Shown in pieces: positions 11,961 to 24,820 of a DNA stretch of 60,000 bases. The stretch is from positions 9,612,001 through 9,672,000 of the forward strand of contig NC_045698.1 of the NCBI RefSeq assembly GCF_009834535.1. The letters run 5' to 3'. The position numbers and the translations under genes were made by a program. A model generated the notes under the pieces. The model did not search any database. It saw only the letters and a program-made list of their open reading frames with translations, and was not told the origin of the DNA. Origin of the DNA: Camelus ferus. Taxonomy: Eukaryota. Position 1 is the first letter of the stretch. The number at the start of each line of letters is the position of its first letter.

Positions 11961-12780
11961 AATGTTAAGATTACAATGGAGAAAAACTTCATTACAGCAG
12001 CATATCCTTGAATAACTATTTGCTGTGATTAAATGTCATACCAAATAGAATAAAAAAAAAGTTCTTATTGAGCAGAAAATAAAAGTGAACCCCAAAAAGC
12101 AGTTGATGGAGCAGAGCTTTGCACCCACCTCGGGCCCAGGGAGGCACCTGCTGACAGCTCAGGTGTGAGGAGGACAAAGGGGACGGGGTCCAGTCAGAGG
12201 TTAACGACCACTGTGCTTATTGTTATGTCAATCAAGCCCTCCTGCACTTTTATTTGCTGTATTGCTTTTTTCCTCTCCCCAGACCCTGGGCCTAAAAGCA
12301 GATGTGATGGATGCCCTTGTCATATTGTGAGCTGATAACTGTCACACTTCCCCTCCTGTTCCCACTATAATTTCCTTCAGGAGGTTTGGCTTACTACCGG
12401 CTGAGTTTGGAGAGAGCCATTCTTGTCAAACTTAGGAGAAAAGAGAGAGAAGAAATATGGATTTGTGACTCCAGTTTAAATGAAGAGGTGGCAATTTTCC
12501 TGGAAATATTAAATTAGAGGTTGTGATTTAGGCTTCCGAGTCTTAGTCTACTTACTCAGCTTTCTCTTTAAAGCAGGACTTGGAAGAAGAAACATGATCT
12601 CAATATTTACCAAAAAAAATTCAGGGGAAATCATTCCAGAGCTCCTGTGAGAATTAACGAGAAATGGCAAAGAAGTACATTTTATTTCACAGAATGCCAC
12701 ATATCTCAAGTGCCCAAGGAGCTACTGGATGTGAAGGGAATTATTATTAATTGTGAGCATGACCTTCCTAGGGACACTAG

Positions 12781-13175
12781 GTGCGCTTAGGAAAGAAGCA
12801 TCCGTAAGGCATGTTTGGCCAATCACAAAGCAGCTGGGAACATCACGGAGGGCATAATTGACGGGACCAAAGGTAATACAAGTCTTGGAGGCAGATCAAT
12901 CGATCTCGTTGAAAAATGCAGGGCAGCTCTGACAGCCAGTATTAAACTGACAAAATAGGGAAGACAAAGGTGAGTTTGATGCCGTCCTAAAGATATTTTG
13001 AAAACTAATCGAATAATGTTCAACATCAACAAGTTCTACCGATTTGATGTTTCGATGCTACTGAGACGTGTCTGTGAAACGTTAACAAATGCAGAAGCGA
13101 TGTAGACGGTCACTGCAAATTCGACAGCATCAGAGGAGCCCTGCTTTAAAACCTCAACATATCCTGTTGCCTCGG
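12781..13175 (+). promoter_or_regulatory. Candidate CpG-retaining promoter / first exon (non-repeat)
   Basis: 16 CpGs in about 395 bp; ttggCCAATcac at 12815-12826; AAG|GTGAGT donor at 12969/12970. Confidence 0.4.
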
Positions 13176-14479
13176 AGGAAAAATCAGCTTCCAGGTATCT
13201 AAGGCAAAAGATGCTGATGCTTTAGAAGGGGTCATTTCAAGTTGAAGGGGTAATTTCAGATGGTTCGGAGTGCTTGTCCAGGTAAGCTCCAGTGGGCACC
13301 ATCTCCAACCTTTTGGAAAAACAAAATTAAGCTGTAGACCTCACCCAGAAAAAAAAATCCCATGAGATAAACTTTCTCTTTTTTTTTTTCCCCCAAAATG
13401 TGTTCTGTTTCCCAGAATTGTACAGATTTTAACTCAGTGTGAACACAAAGCATTAATATCAAAGTTGGGTTCTCAAGAGGGAGAGAAAACTTTGTTTCAG
13501 TTTCTCATTGGCCCTGGTATATTGTTACACAATTCAAAGTTAAAGGCACTATCTAAAATCCAGGTCACAATTTTATTATAACCACTTTTTGAAAGTTCAC
13601 AGAAGGCTACGGTCATAAATGGCATTATTATTAGAATAATGTGAAAGGTTACACACCACACAGAATAAGACAGGGCCCGACGATTGTTTACCCCTTTTTT
13701 TGAATTTCCCAGGGCTCAGAGCTGTCCCTCAGAGCCTAGAACCACAATACCTCACAGGCAAATCAAGCTGAACAGACATAAAAGAAAATTCAGACGGGCA
13801 GAAAGCTCAGCACCTCAGCCGCAGAAATCCTACAGAAGTTAAACAGTCCCTCAGTTTAAACAACAACAACAAAAAAGAGCCCAGTCCTCAGCATCATCCC
13901 TGGGAACACACGTCTAAATCTGCGATATATTCTGAGCCAAAAAATTAAAGGACCAGCAAGAGCTCTCTTTTCAGAACACATGAGGTCATTTAAGACCACA
14001 GAAAAGGGCATCTTAGAGTCACCTGACTGTAGGCGTTTATCACATCAGGAGGAGGAGGGACGCGTGTGTAGGAGCCTGGAACGTGTGCACACTCAGGCGC
14101 GGGCTGTGCATTTGCAAGGATTCTTAACACATTGTAACAACTGTAGAAAGTCACACAAGTTTGATTTCTTGTTTTATCACTTTTTAAAAACAGATATACT
14201 GTGTCTGGAATTCAGGGTGAAATAAAGCTTTCTGTGGCAGAACCAAAGTAAGTGAACGATGCCGGGGGCATCATTGTGGTGCTGAGGGGTTGGACTTCGT
14301 AAGTCATCATATGTCATCATTTTACCCTTTTTATGTGGTACTTGCAGTAAGGCATTTTAAACAACCAAAAGGCTTAAAGTATAAATCTAAAGATTTTAAG
14401 AGTAATCACGGAATTACACAAAAGTGTAAAGTTGTTATCAAAGCATAAGAAGGTGCTAGATCCTTGCAAATAAGATTCT

Positions 14480-15210
14480 CCCCTCTCAAGGTCTTTGTAC
14501 AGGCTGCCCCTCTCTCTGGTTATTTGTCCCCAGTGTCTGCATGCTCCCTCTTCCAGCTTTATTTGGATCTCAGGTCATATGCCACCTCCTCAGAGAACTC
14601 ACTGATGACTCTCTAACAGAGATCACATATCTTTCCTGTGATGGTTACTTTAATGAGCAGCTTGGCTAGGCTATAGTGTCTAGTTGTTGGACCAACAACC
14701 AGTCTAGATGTTGCTGTATGAAGGCATTTTGTAGATGTGATTAATGTCTACAGTCAGTTGACTTTAAATAAAGATTATTCTTGATAATGTGGGTGGGCCT
14801 CATCCAATCAGTTGAAGGCCTTAAGGGCAAAAGCTGAGGTTTCCCAGAGAAGAAAGAATTCTGCCTCAAAACTATAACATAAAAACCCTGCCTGAGTTTC
14901 TAGCCTGCCTAGTTGCCCTACAAACTTTGGATTTAAGTCTGACATCAACTCCTGCCTGAGTTTCCAGGCTGCCGCATGGAGTTCAGATTTGCCAGCCCTC
15001 ACAGTTCTACAGATGTATCAGCCAGTTCCCTAAGATAAATCCCTCATATGAATATGCAGGTATATTATCTCCTTTCCAACTCCATTACTATTCTTCATAG
15101 CGATTAGTGCTAGTTAAGATATATAAGCATTTATTTTTCACTAGTAGCTAGAACGGTGTCTGAGATCTAGCAGGCACTCAACACACATTTACAGGATACA
15201 TCAATGGTAT
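14480..15210 (+). mobile_element. L2 3' fragment interrupted by MLT2
   Basis: ggatctcaggtcatatgccacctcctcagag ... tagaacggtgtctgagatctagcaggcactcaac. Confidence 0.6.
14637..15045 (+). mobile_element. ERVL LTR MLT2 (C/D-like), 3'-truncated
   Basis: tgtgatggttactttaatg...gtgggtgggcctcatccaatcagttgaaggccttaag. Confidence 0.88.
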
Positions 15211-15299
15211 GCTTGGTTTTGCCAGTCACTTCTCCAAATGCTTTCAATAGAATAACTCATTTACTACTCCTACTTTGTTATGTTGATGGTTGAGGTGCT

Positions 15300-15450
15300 G
15301 TTTTGCTCTTGTTTTACAGCTATTGAAACTGGCATGTAGAGAGATAATGGTACTTCCCCCAAAATCATGCAGCTGACACAAAGTGGAGCTGGTCATTGAA
15401 ACCATACAGCTGAGCCCCAGAGTCCAGACTTTCAAATTCCACATTCTAAA
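15300..15450 (-). mobile_element. MIR fragment
   Basis: ttttacag...gaaactggcatgtagagag...cccaaaatcatgcagctg. Confidence 0.55.
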
Positions 15451-16941
15451 AATCCTCTGGGACTTTTCAGCTTCACGAGAATATGATTTGGTGGGAGAAA
15501 ATTCTCTTTTAGAAGGCATAACAATTAATGATATATAATAATAAAATTAAAATACTCTATACATCTGTGATCTTCTGACTCCATGTGATGTGGGGAGGTG
15601 GGGGATTTACAAATCACTCCATTAGACCAGAAACAGGGTTTTTTTAATTTAAAGAAGAAAAAGGAAAAGAACGGGAACACTGAGAATCATCAGATGTTCC
15701 ATAGGCTTTAGTTAAAAATAGATTTCAAAAAAATCCAAGTAGAGCAAATTGGTCCGTTGCAAGGACTCTAAAAAGAAACACAGCTGAAAGACCATGGAAA
15801 ACATTTGAAAATGAAACCACATATATATCATCACAAACATCTTGGTGAAAAAGAAACCAAAAAGGAGACAAGAGTGGAGGCAGAAGCGGAGAGATGGCCT
15901 CTAGCGAGCTCCAGAATATGAAGCATGGTGCAAATACCGGCCACAACTAGAACACTCTCCCCCAGCCACACCTTCCACACCTTCCACTGGGTCCGTTAGC
16001 CCAGAGCCTGATTCTGAGTCTCCCAGCCTGGCTAAAAGTCTACCAAGAGTTTCTGGGACTCTATCCCCACCTAGAGGTTTGATGGTAAATCAAGTTGCAT
16101 AACAGGAAAATGCCCAGAGCATCAAAACAGCAATTGCAGCTGTAATCATCAATGTCCAAGTCCCTGGTAAGATAGCCGTTAAGTGATTTGTAAAAGCACT
16201 CAGCAAAGGAAGGGGGAATGCTTTGGGATCCAGAGGCGTTAAAGAATAATACACCAGCCTTATCGCTCTCTCTTGAAATATCAGGTCTTGATTTCAGGAA
16301 GAGTTTTGACAAAAACTGCATAGTTTCGTGAGCAATATAAAGAATTATGGGCTTGATTACGGTTAGTCAGCCTGATAGCTGGTTCAGCATGGCCTATGAA
16401 CCCTGCATATTGTGTATGCGGACAAGCTGGCACTGGGTCTCAGTGGCGCTGGAGTGGTGCGCCATCGGCACTGAAGGGCTGCTGTGGGGTTGCCTATACC
16501 TGACCAGGAAGCAGCGTCTTTCTCCACCATTAACGGCTAGCTGCTCACTAGCTCTTTCCTCCCCTCCCTCTGCTCCTGGGCTTCTATCTAATTTCTTGGA
16601 CCCCTGGTAGAAAGGAAGAGAGGGAGTTAGCCTTTGCAGGAGAGGTGAAGTTGCACATCGGGGCACAACTTTTCAGGTGATGTCCAGCTGCGGAGACCTA
16701 GGGTGTCAGGGCTGTCTCTCTTGGCTGATGTAATGTTTGATGGTGGAGACTTTACCCCAAGACCCTTAACCAGCACTGCCTAAGAAAGCTTCTAACCTCG
16801 AGGATCTATACAGGTGACTTGGTGTGGCCAGCTCCTCACCCCTAGCAGAGGTCCACCCCAAGGCCTTGGGATGGGATCCTTCGGTCTTTCAGAAAGTTCG
16901 ATGAGGGCTGCCTGGAGATTCAGACCTGCCCCAGCTAATCT

Positions 16942-16955
16942 GTTGCCATGGAAAC
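16942..16955. promoter_or_regulatory. RFX X-box motif
   Basis: GTTGCCATGGAAAC, 13/14 match to the palindromic consensus GTTGCCATGGCAAC. Confidence 0.45.
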
Positions 16956-17304
16956 CTAGGATTCCCTGTCTTGTCAATCCAGTACTCACAGAAAATAGGT
17001 AGGCGATGGGGTCCGGTGACGGCTGTGGCCCTCTCCTAAGCAGTTCTGACACTTCGCTATCTCCTTGGTAAGAGATTTCCCTGATGTCACTGGACCCTGT
17101 CTACAGGTACAGGAACAGCCACCAGGTGAAGCTGGACCTCAGGCCCTACATTCAGAAACACCATAGTCTTTAGAGGAAATATGTCCAGTGATCTCCTCTC
17201 AATGGAGAGAGAGAAGGGTGACTCCCCATACTCAAACACTCTGAACTCTCTCCAAAACGTTCTCTTCCTAAAGACTCCTCCCCCCTCTTTCCAAATCTCT
17301 TCCA

Positions 17305-17500
17305 TTTGTTTTTATTTCTATTACATGGTGGTAAGAACAGTAAGCACGAGATCTACCTTCTTGAATTTGTAACTATGGGAACAATATTGTACAGCAGTTT
17401 TCTGGAAATTATTCATCCTGCAAAATCGAAACTTCGTACCCATTGATCAGCAACTGCTCTCTCCGTCTCCTCCCAGCCCCTGGCAACCGGCACTCTCCCC
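17305..17500 (-). mobile_element. L1 (L1MA9-like) 3' end
   Basis: ggtggtaagaaca...agatctacc...attgtacagcag...attattcatcctgca...cccagcccctggcaacc. Confidence 0.8.
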
Positions 17501-18169
17501 TCCTTGGAGTGGAGGAAGACACAGGGAGGCCACCAGCTTGCTCAGCAGTGTTGGTTCAGGTTGGCAAAGTCCTTTTGGATCCCGGACATTCAAGTCAGAA
17601 CAAGAATAGTCAGGAACATGTTTAATGTCTTAAGTTATTGCTACAAAAAAAAAAAAGCCTTTATAGTACCATGTTATACAACTTAATATTAGTCAGCCGT
17701 GTGACATGGTTGGTCATTAGTTTCATGCTACAAAAAATACTAAAGTGCTCATAAACATCCAGGCTCTTCCACTTCCTGACCTGCATACAGCAATGTGTTG
17801 TGTACGCCAAAATGTCTTTCCCTATAAGAAAAGCTCAAGAAAGCAGAGACTAGTTCTGGATTGGGTGCTATCAGGAAGGCGAGGGGGGAGCGATTCGGTG
17901 ATCGGGTCTTGGTCATTTTCACCCAAGAGGAGAGGGAGAGGAGTAGAGTGGGCTCCAGCCCACTGCTCTTAAAATCATACAGAACAACCCCAAATCCTGT
18001 AATAAGCTTCTTCCACCTCCCTTTTACCTAGATGCCCCATGGTTCCTGGGATGTGCACTTTCCCACATTGTAACAAGCTAAGAAGCCTAACCTTGTTTGG
18101 CTTCCTGTTGACTGAAGAGGATGGAAAGGAAGACACTGCAGTAGTGACATACTGATTGGAGAGAGTCTT

Positions 18170-18330
18170 TAGTCTTCTCAAACATCAGTGTGTGTGTTAA
18201 TCACCTGGGGATCTGATTTAACTGCAGATACGGACTCTACAGGACAGGGGCGGAGCCTGAGATTCTGAGCCTCTAATAAGCTCCAGTGATGCCCGTCCTG
18301 ACAGCGAGGCGCACACTTTGAGTAGCAATG
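18170..18330. mobile_element. MER5A (hAT-Charlie MITE)
   Basis: ttctcaaac...aatcacctggggatct...gcctgagattctg...aagctccagtgatgc...cacactttgagtagca. Confidence 0.85.
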
Positions 18331-19666
18331 CTCTGGTCCACTGCCTTCCCCCCAGAAATAGACTCCCACTTAAATCAACTGAAAATCTGCAAGAAATACT
18401 GAACCTTGGTACTACTCCCAGGAATGATTCCAATACAAAGCAAATTTTGAGAAACACTGTGTACTGCTTTATGGTAGAGAGTGGAAGGCATTGAAGAGTT
18501 AAATTAACAATTTCAAGGGAAACTGTACAGATAAGCCAGGTTATGTCAAGACAGAGAGAAAAAACAAAGAGAGAAAACATGCAGAGCTGGGAAATAGTTT
18601 GCATTCTTGGGACCACGAAAGCAAGTGAGGTGAGTGAAGAATAGTGGGCTACTAGCTAAGTAACGTTATAAGTTTAGGGCTAGTTTAGAGTTTGTTTACT
18701 CCATTCTATGTTACCCTGATAACAGTGGTCTTACATTATGATAATGATATTATAATAAGGAATTCACATGTAAATTAAATAAACAGTAATTAGGAACAGA
18801 GTTCTAATACTCTGGTCAGCTCAACCGTGGAGAGAGGTCAGGGAGGACAATGGAGGTTTTGAGCCACAGAAAAGAATGAAGACATAAAGGGGAAGAAGAT
18901 AAATTATGTATGAAAGTGATCAGGAGTCTGTTCTTGGAAAGCTTCTGGGTTCTGCTGACCTATAGCTTCCCCACTTCCTCAGGTAAAATCAATATGTGTA
19001 ATAAATTATGCAGTTGCACGTCTCAACTTTCTACTCTCCAGCTATCACTCCTGGAAAGCAGAAGTCACGTGCCTCCCCTCTGGTGCCCAGCAGAGGTCTG
19101 CTTGTTGACTTACTGCCTCAGTATTTACCCTCACCCAGGGCATTGACTAGAGCAGAGATCTGAATCAGAAATCAAGGGAACTATCAAAAAATTCAGTGAT
19201 GACCCCCCCCCTCCCATGTACCCTGGGATGGCCACACCCGCTCAGCAGCTGTAGGAAATTTCACCACCATCAGAGTCTGTGAAGGGCGACCCATGCCTGA
19301 GCCCCAAGGTGAATTTATCCCTCTTTAAGGAGCCTGTATTTTGAATCGGACCATTCCAAACATACACTCCAACTGCAGTGAAGGTCTGTCCTCTGCTGAA
19401 CTAGATGAATGAACAGATACAGACACATGGGGAAACATTTGTATGCTTTATTTATTTATTATTTATCTTTATGTTTAATATCAGATTCTGACATATATAG
19501 ATTCGCCTCACCTCCTTCCATGTCCCTTCCCTGGGACCCTACCCAGTCTCAAACCTGTGCCTTATTCTAACTCAGAACAACAGGAACAGGACAATCTCCT
19601 TCAAAGGTGCTCACTTGCTCTCACTGTAGAGCTGAATTCATAATTTACGACCTCAGCTTTTTAAGG

Positions 19667-19718
19667 GAAATAAAAGGTGACATATTTACTCTGAAATAAA
19701 AGGTGACATATTTACTCT
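19667..19718. repeat. Perfect 26-bp tandem duplication
   Basis: gaaataaaaggtgacatatttactct x2. Confidence 0.95.
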
Positions 19719-20609
19719 TTAACATGGTTCTGTTCTCCAATTCTCATTTTCTCTACTGATTATGTGTATAATCCCAGCAATAACTCCCATAGCACAAAGA
19801 GCTCTGATCACGGCTGCCAAGATCAAAGCTTACTTGCCTTGATGGATTCTGCAGGGACTAGTCAGGATGACAAAGCCAGCCTCGTAGGGAGGCACAGATT
19901 GTGACTGCCTCAGGACTCAAGTTGCAGAGCGCTCAGATCTCTCAGTGCCTTCTGGTTGATCCCTTAAATGTCATTCTTGAATGACTGTCCCTCATTCACA
20001 TGAAAGCTCACAAGAGGGCTGTATCCCTTACTGTGAATTAAACATCTGAGTGCGTGTTTTAATTTTTGACTCTGGAAAGGGAGAAAGATAAGCAGGTAAC
20101 GGTGGGTGGGAGACACGGAAGTATGACTTCTTCTCTCACAAACAGCCCAACTCAGGATGCTCCCTTGTGCTCTGTGCACCTCTCATTGGCTCTCCCCCTG
20201 GGGAACCCCCTCCATTTCTAGCCAGATAAGAAGCAAGCAGAAGGGCCAACAAAGACCCCAGGCTCCCTAGGAGGGATGGGGCCCAAGAGGCTTGGCAGAA
20301 AGAGATCACAACTGTGATAGATGCTGCCCATCTTCCCAGTCGTCCCAAAGGACGCTCATGCAGAGCCCGTTGACTTGTTCTTCCTTCCTCTCATCAGTCT
20401 CCACTGCTTGTAATTAATAGAAAGAGCAGGAACCTTAGCAGCACAGTCAGAAGTGAAAGTCTCACCGGCATCTCACTCCTCAGCCCCTCACGGCTCCTCC
20501 TCCACCTTCCTTACTGCACCTTGCTCACTTCCGCAAGCCCATCCCAAAGAGAACCACTGAAAACAGCGACAGTTGTAAAGCAATGTTTTATGTGTTGTTC
20601 CAGATAAAG

Positions 20610-21540
20610 ATCACTCTCAGAGTAAGGAAAGCATTTCCAAGCATAGAAATAAAGAAAGAGAGCATAAAGTAATAGATTGATGGCCTTGATCACATAAAAA
20701 TTTTAAATGTGTGTGCAACGAAAGCTGCCAAAAGCAAGCTCTGAAAAGCACACACCGGAAGGAAATTTGTACACCGTAAATAACAGACAATGGGTCATTA
20801 TTCCTAACACAAAATCTGCTCTTCCATAGGAAAAAAGAGGTGAATATGCCGGTAGGAAAACTGGCAAAATGTGAAAAGCTGATGACCAAAAGACAAAATA
20901 CACATCTACAATGAAAATATTTTTGAGTTCAACTGACGTGCAAAACAAAAACAGGGACTTTAAACACCAGTGCCATTTTAGCCCATCATAGAAGCAATTA
21001 TTTTTATGATAATATCCAGTATTAATGAGGTTATGAAAAATCAGATATTTATATGCCACTGGTGAAAATGTGACCTGCCACATTTTTTAATAGGAAATAT
21101 ACCAATACTCATCGAAAATCTTAAAAATGTATACAATGTTTGCATTCCTAATCCTATTTCCGGAAATACATTGTGAGGAAATAATCAAAGATATAAACAA
21201 TTATTTATTAGTAAATATGATGAAGTATCCATAACAAGGAATATTTGTCATCCATTAAAATTTATGTTTTAAAAGAATATTTGATGACATGAATAAATAA
21301 TCACATTAAAAAGAATGAGTTAAAAGTTATAAACAGTGTGGACCATAAACTTATCTGTGTATGTTTATTTGGGGTGTGTGTGTGTGTGTGTCTTCCCTAG
21401 AAAGCTAGACAGATGCCAGTGGTGATCAGGAGTAGTGACCATTCATGACTAAAGTTTCTCATGGGGTTTTTTTTTTTCCTGTATTCTCCCAATCTATCAT
21501 GACTATGTATTTCTTTTATAAATATAATAAGAAAAATAAG
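20610..21540 (+). mobile_element. Old L1 (L1ME-type) ORF2 3' part and 3' UTR
   Basis: A-rich degenerate L1 motifs: atagattgatggccttgatcacataaaaattttaaa; gccactggtgaaaatgtga; catccattaaaa. Confidence 0.65.
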
Positions 21541-22703
21541 TACTTTTTAAAATTATATATGTGTTTATAATTGATCAAAATGTCATTCTTCATTGCATTC
21601 TGCGTCAGATTATTTGGTCCACTTTTTATTGCATTCATTTCAAAATGCCTATTAAAGATGCTACAGCCCTGGAGGAAGAGAATAATTCTTCTTAATGAAC
21701 CCAGGATACGTTATGTCTACTGCCCATGGCCAAACCAGCAGATAAGCCTTGAAATAATGTTTGGAGCAATTAGCCTCCAGAAAATGAATGCTCAACATCC
21801 AAATTAAGGCCAATAAATGACCATTATGAAGACCTCAAGTATCTTTGAAACATTGTCTATTTAAAATCGAACTATAACTATGAAAATTTTAATGTATGGC
21901 AAAAAGTTTCTTTTTAATTGCAATACTTAGAAAGCACATTGAATTCTGTAGGAAAAAATATAATCAAATTATGATATGTTTGTGTTTCCTCCTCTGAATC
22001 TACAGTTCCTTGCCTATAATTATCACATTTAAAGCGGTTTAGAGACTCAACCCTCAATGCGGTGAGGAAGCAGACTGTGAGGTGATGGAATTGTGTATAC
22101 ATGCCAGCTCCAAACTGCAAATGGTCAGGCTCAAGTATAGCATTTTTAATATCCTGATCCAACTGAAAAATAGATGTTATGAAATAATTCTGCATCTGGC
22201 AATAGCATATTTTCCACATGGAATTCTCCATCAGATGTCGTGTAAGATGGCATTTCCCAATTGGTCTAATTTAGTCTAGGTTTCCTCTCACCCTTTGTTC
22301 TTTTGAGAAATGGCAGTCCCTTTGCAGTTTGTCTTTGATGGTGAGCTGCATCTTTTCCAGCAGCAGTGCATGGTTCTCCAAAATGTGTTAATCCTGGTGA
22401 GATTTACCTTTATCTCCTAGAGCCATCACTAAGTCATCATCCTCCTTCTGGCGTTTATCATTTTAATGAGGAGTCTTGGAGAGCAGCTAGTCAAAACAGA
22501 CTTCCAGTTAGCACTTTTAAAATAGCTAATGCCAATCCACTGATCCTTCAATATTTAAAGGAATCTTACTGGGAAGAATTTCTTGAGCCATTTTTAAAAC
22601 TGCTGTAAAGGCTCAGTTTCTCGCATTGACAAAAACAGAGTTGATTTAATCTAGTCACAACCTCTTTGGGATTCAATTTCTCTCTCTGGAAAATAAGACA
22701 GTG

Positions 22704-22731
22704 GTGTGTGTGTGTGTGTGTGTGTGTGTGT
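22704..22731. repeat. (GT)n microsatellite
   Basis: Directly visible. Confidence 0.95.
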
Positions 22732-24639
22732 ATTGTGTGCTGTATGTGTGTTGTGCATTCATTATATCAAACACAGCCTAGGAGGATACATATGCCAACA
22801 TGTTAGCAGTGAATCCTCTTTGGGCAATGAGATGACGGGTGATTTTTTAAAATATCCTTTTCACAAATATATGATACATTTAAGAAACTAAATAGTAACA
22901 AGTTCTAGCTTTGCACAACCTACTCTAAATCATAGACCCTTTAAATTATAACTATTCAATGAATTTATAAAAATATATTAGTTTGTCTAGAAGGTTCTAA
23001 AGATCCATGATTTGGTAAAATAATAGGCTATATACACTTTTTATTATCCAAGAACAGTATTACAATTGGGGTTATAAATTAGTCCCTACACATGCAGTTA
23101 AGGGTTCTGAATATTGAATAAAAAAATAAAATCCTATGTAAGTGGGCTAACCTTTAAAAAGAAAACAAATCATTATACATATTGTCCAGAAAGAACAACA
23201 AAAATATCTTTCTTTTCTTTTTTCTTTAATGTCTCTAAGTTTACAGAAAATCATCTCAAAGTAAAATCTGCATAAAGAAAGAATGTTTTTGGTATTATTT
23301 AGATTCAAGGGGATTTGGCAAATTCTATGCCTCTTTCTTGACAAGTTATGAACCAGCTTAAATTTAAGACAAAGCAGTAAGAGAGACAGACAAGCAAAAT
23401 ATTACCAGTATTGCTGATACAGCTAATATGGTGTAAAATAGTCTACGTCTGGTGTAAGCGAATTCCTAATGCTGAATCCCAGAGCTGGGCTGACTCACAT
23501 CTGAGCCATCACAGGACTCCTGGATTCCAGGCCTGAGCCCCAGTGACAGGCCTTCCCTATTAAGCTGATGACAGCAGTGATGGAGAACACTGGATCTCAG
23601 TGGATAGGCCAATTTCCTAGAGAAAAAAGAGATGAAGTGGCCAAGGTACATGCAATCTCCTCTTCATACTAAATTTTCTACTAAGGTACATTTAGGGAGA
23701 GGAATGGGGTGGGTGAAGAAGTCATGAGTATTACACAGGAAATAATACAGCAGGGATTCAAAAGGGTCTCCTGCCAATCAAAGCAGGGATCTTTGTTCAG
23801 TATTCCTGACACCACTGATGATTAAAATATTCCACATCCAGGAATTTTCCACCTACCTGCAGCTTACTCACTTAACGTACGGTTGGGAGATTATTCTAAA
23901 ATGTGTTTCACCCTTTCCCACTTTATTAAATGGAGGTTAGCAACGGTGATGGTAAGTTCTTCTGTTCTGAATCCGAACCCCCTTTGACATCTGCCATCGC
24001 TCCCAGGTTCCTGGGTACTTCAGCCAAGTGGCTGTCCTGGCAGCACAGGAAGGCTTACCTGGACCGGCCAATGTTCAAACTTCAAAGTCGTCCTCACCTC
24101 GAGCCCAGAGATGTTTGTAGAACCAGGTCTCCCAGAGCCTATTCTCGGGGCCAGTCTTGGGTAACTTCAGTTTTCTAGCTTCTACTTCCTTTGCAGAAGA
24201 CAAACCCAGCCCTAAACTGGGCCCCTTCCTAATGTCACCAATTGAAAGAAGAGAAAAAGATAAGAGAACATAGTTCCCCTCCCCCAAATAAAAAGAGTCC
24301 TCAATAAAGTTGCTTCTTATCAGGCTCTTAGATTCGTATCATTTCACTCCTCCAGCGAGGATGCTCATAGCCGTGGACTCAGAAACAGAGAAGGAGAAAC
24401 TTCTCTTCCCTGGATGGTAGACTTTTTCTTTTTCCTCCTCATTTTTAGTTCTACAATGTCTCCATTTTCGCCCTTGTTACCTACCAGGAGCCCTGCCTTC
24501 TGTGAGAGTAGGAGAAATAACAGAGGGTATAGAATCGCAGCCTTGCTTTTCCAAGGCCACTGTTAAAAGCATCCATTCCTGTGACAGGTTATTTATGCTT
24601 TATGACTTAAACAGTGAGGCCTCGTGATAATACCGGGCA

Positions 24640-24820
24640 AATACACAAATCCAGACGAAGGTGGAATCAAATTCTTGCTCGACAGCTTAACGATGTGACC
24701 CAGATCGAATTAATTCAGTTCTTCACGGATGTTCTGTCCTCTTTTACAAAACAAAAGCACCATCCTGATGATTAGATGACGTGGCTTCGAGCATACAATA
24801 GAGCACTTGGCGTGGTACCT
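24640..24820 (+). mobile_element. MIR-like fragment, unusually CpG-rich
   Basis: tcaaattcttgctc...gcttaacgatgtgacc...gattagatgac...agagcacttggcgtggtacct follows the MIR layout. Confidence 0.5.

Noticed and set aside
12823..13110. Endogenous viral or NUMT coding fragment as the cause of the CpG excess
   Set aside because: The plus-strand frames I translated are broken by stops, and neither they nor the minus ORF resemble viral or mitochondrial proteins I know. It cannot be fully excluded without TBLASTX.
21914..22231. TSIFQLDQDI resembling the Tigger DDE motif (TSLLQPMDQGII)
   Set aside because: Only one short, gapped match, with no flanking transposase similarity or TIRs.
23952..24196. Possible 245-nt intron (atg|gtaagt ... 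cttcctttgcag|)
   Set aside because: Two competing AGs lie between the putative branch point and the acceptor, the flanks have no coding signal, and such sites are common by chance.
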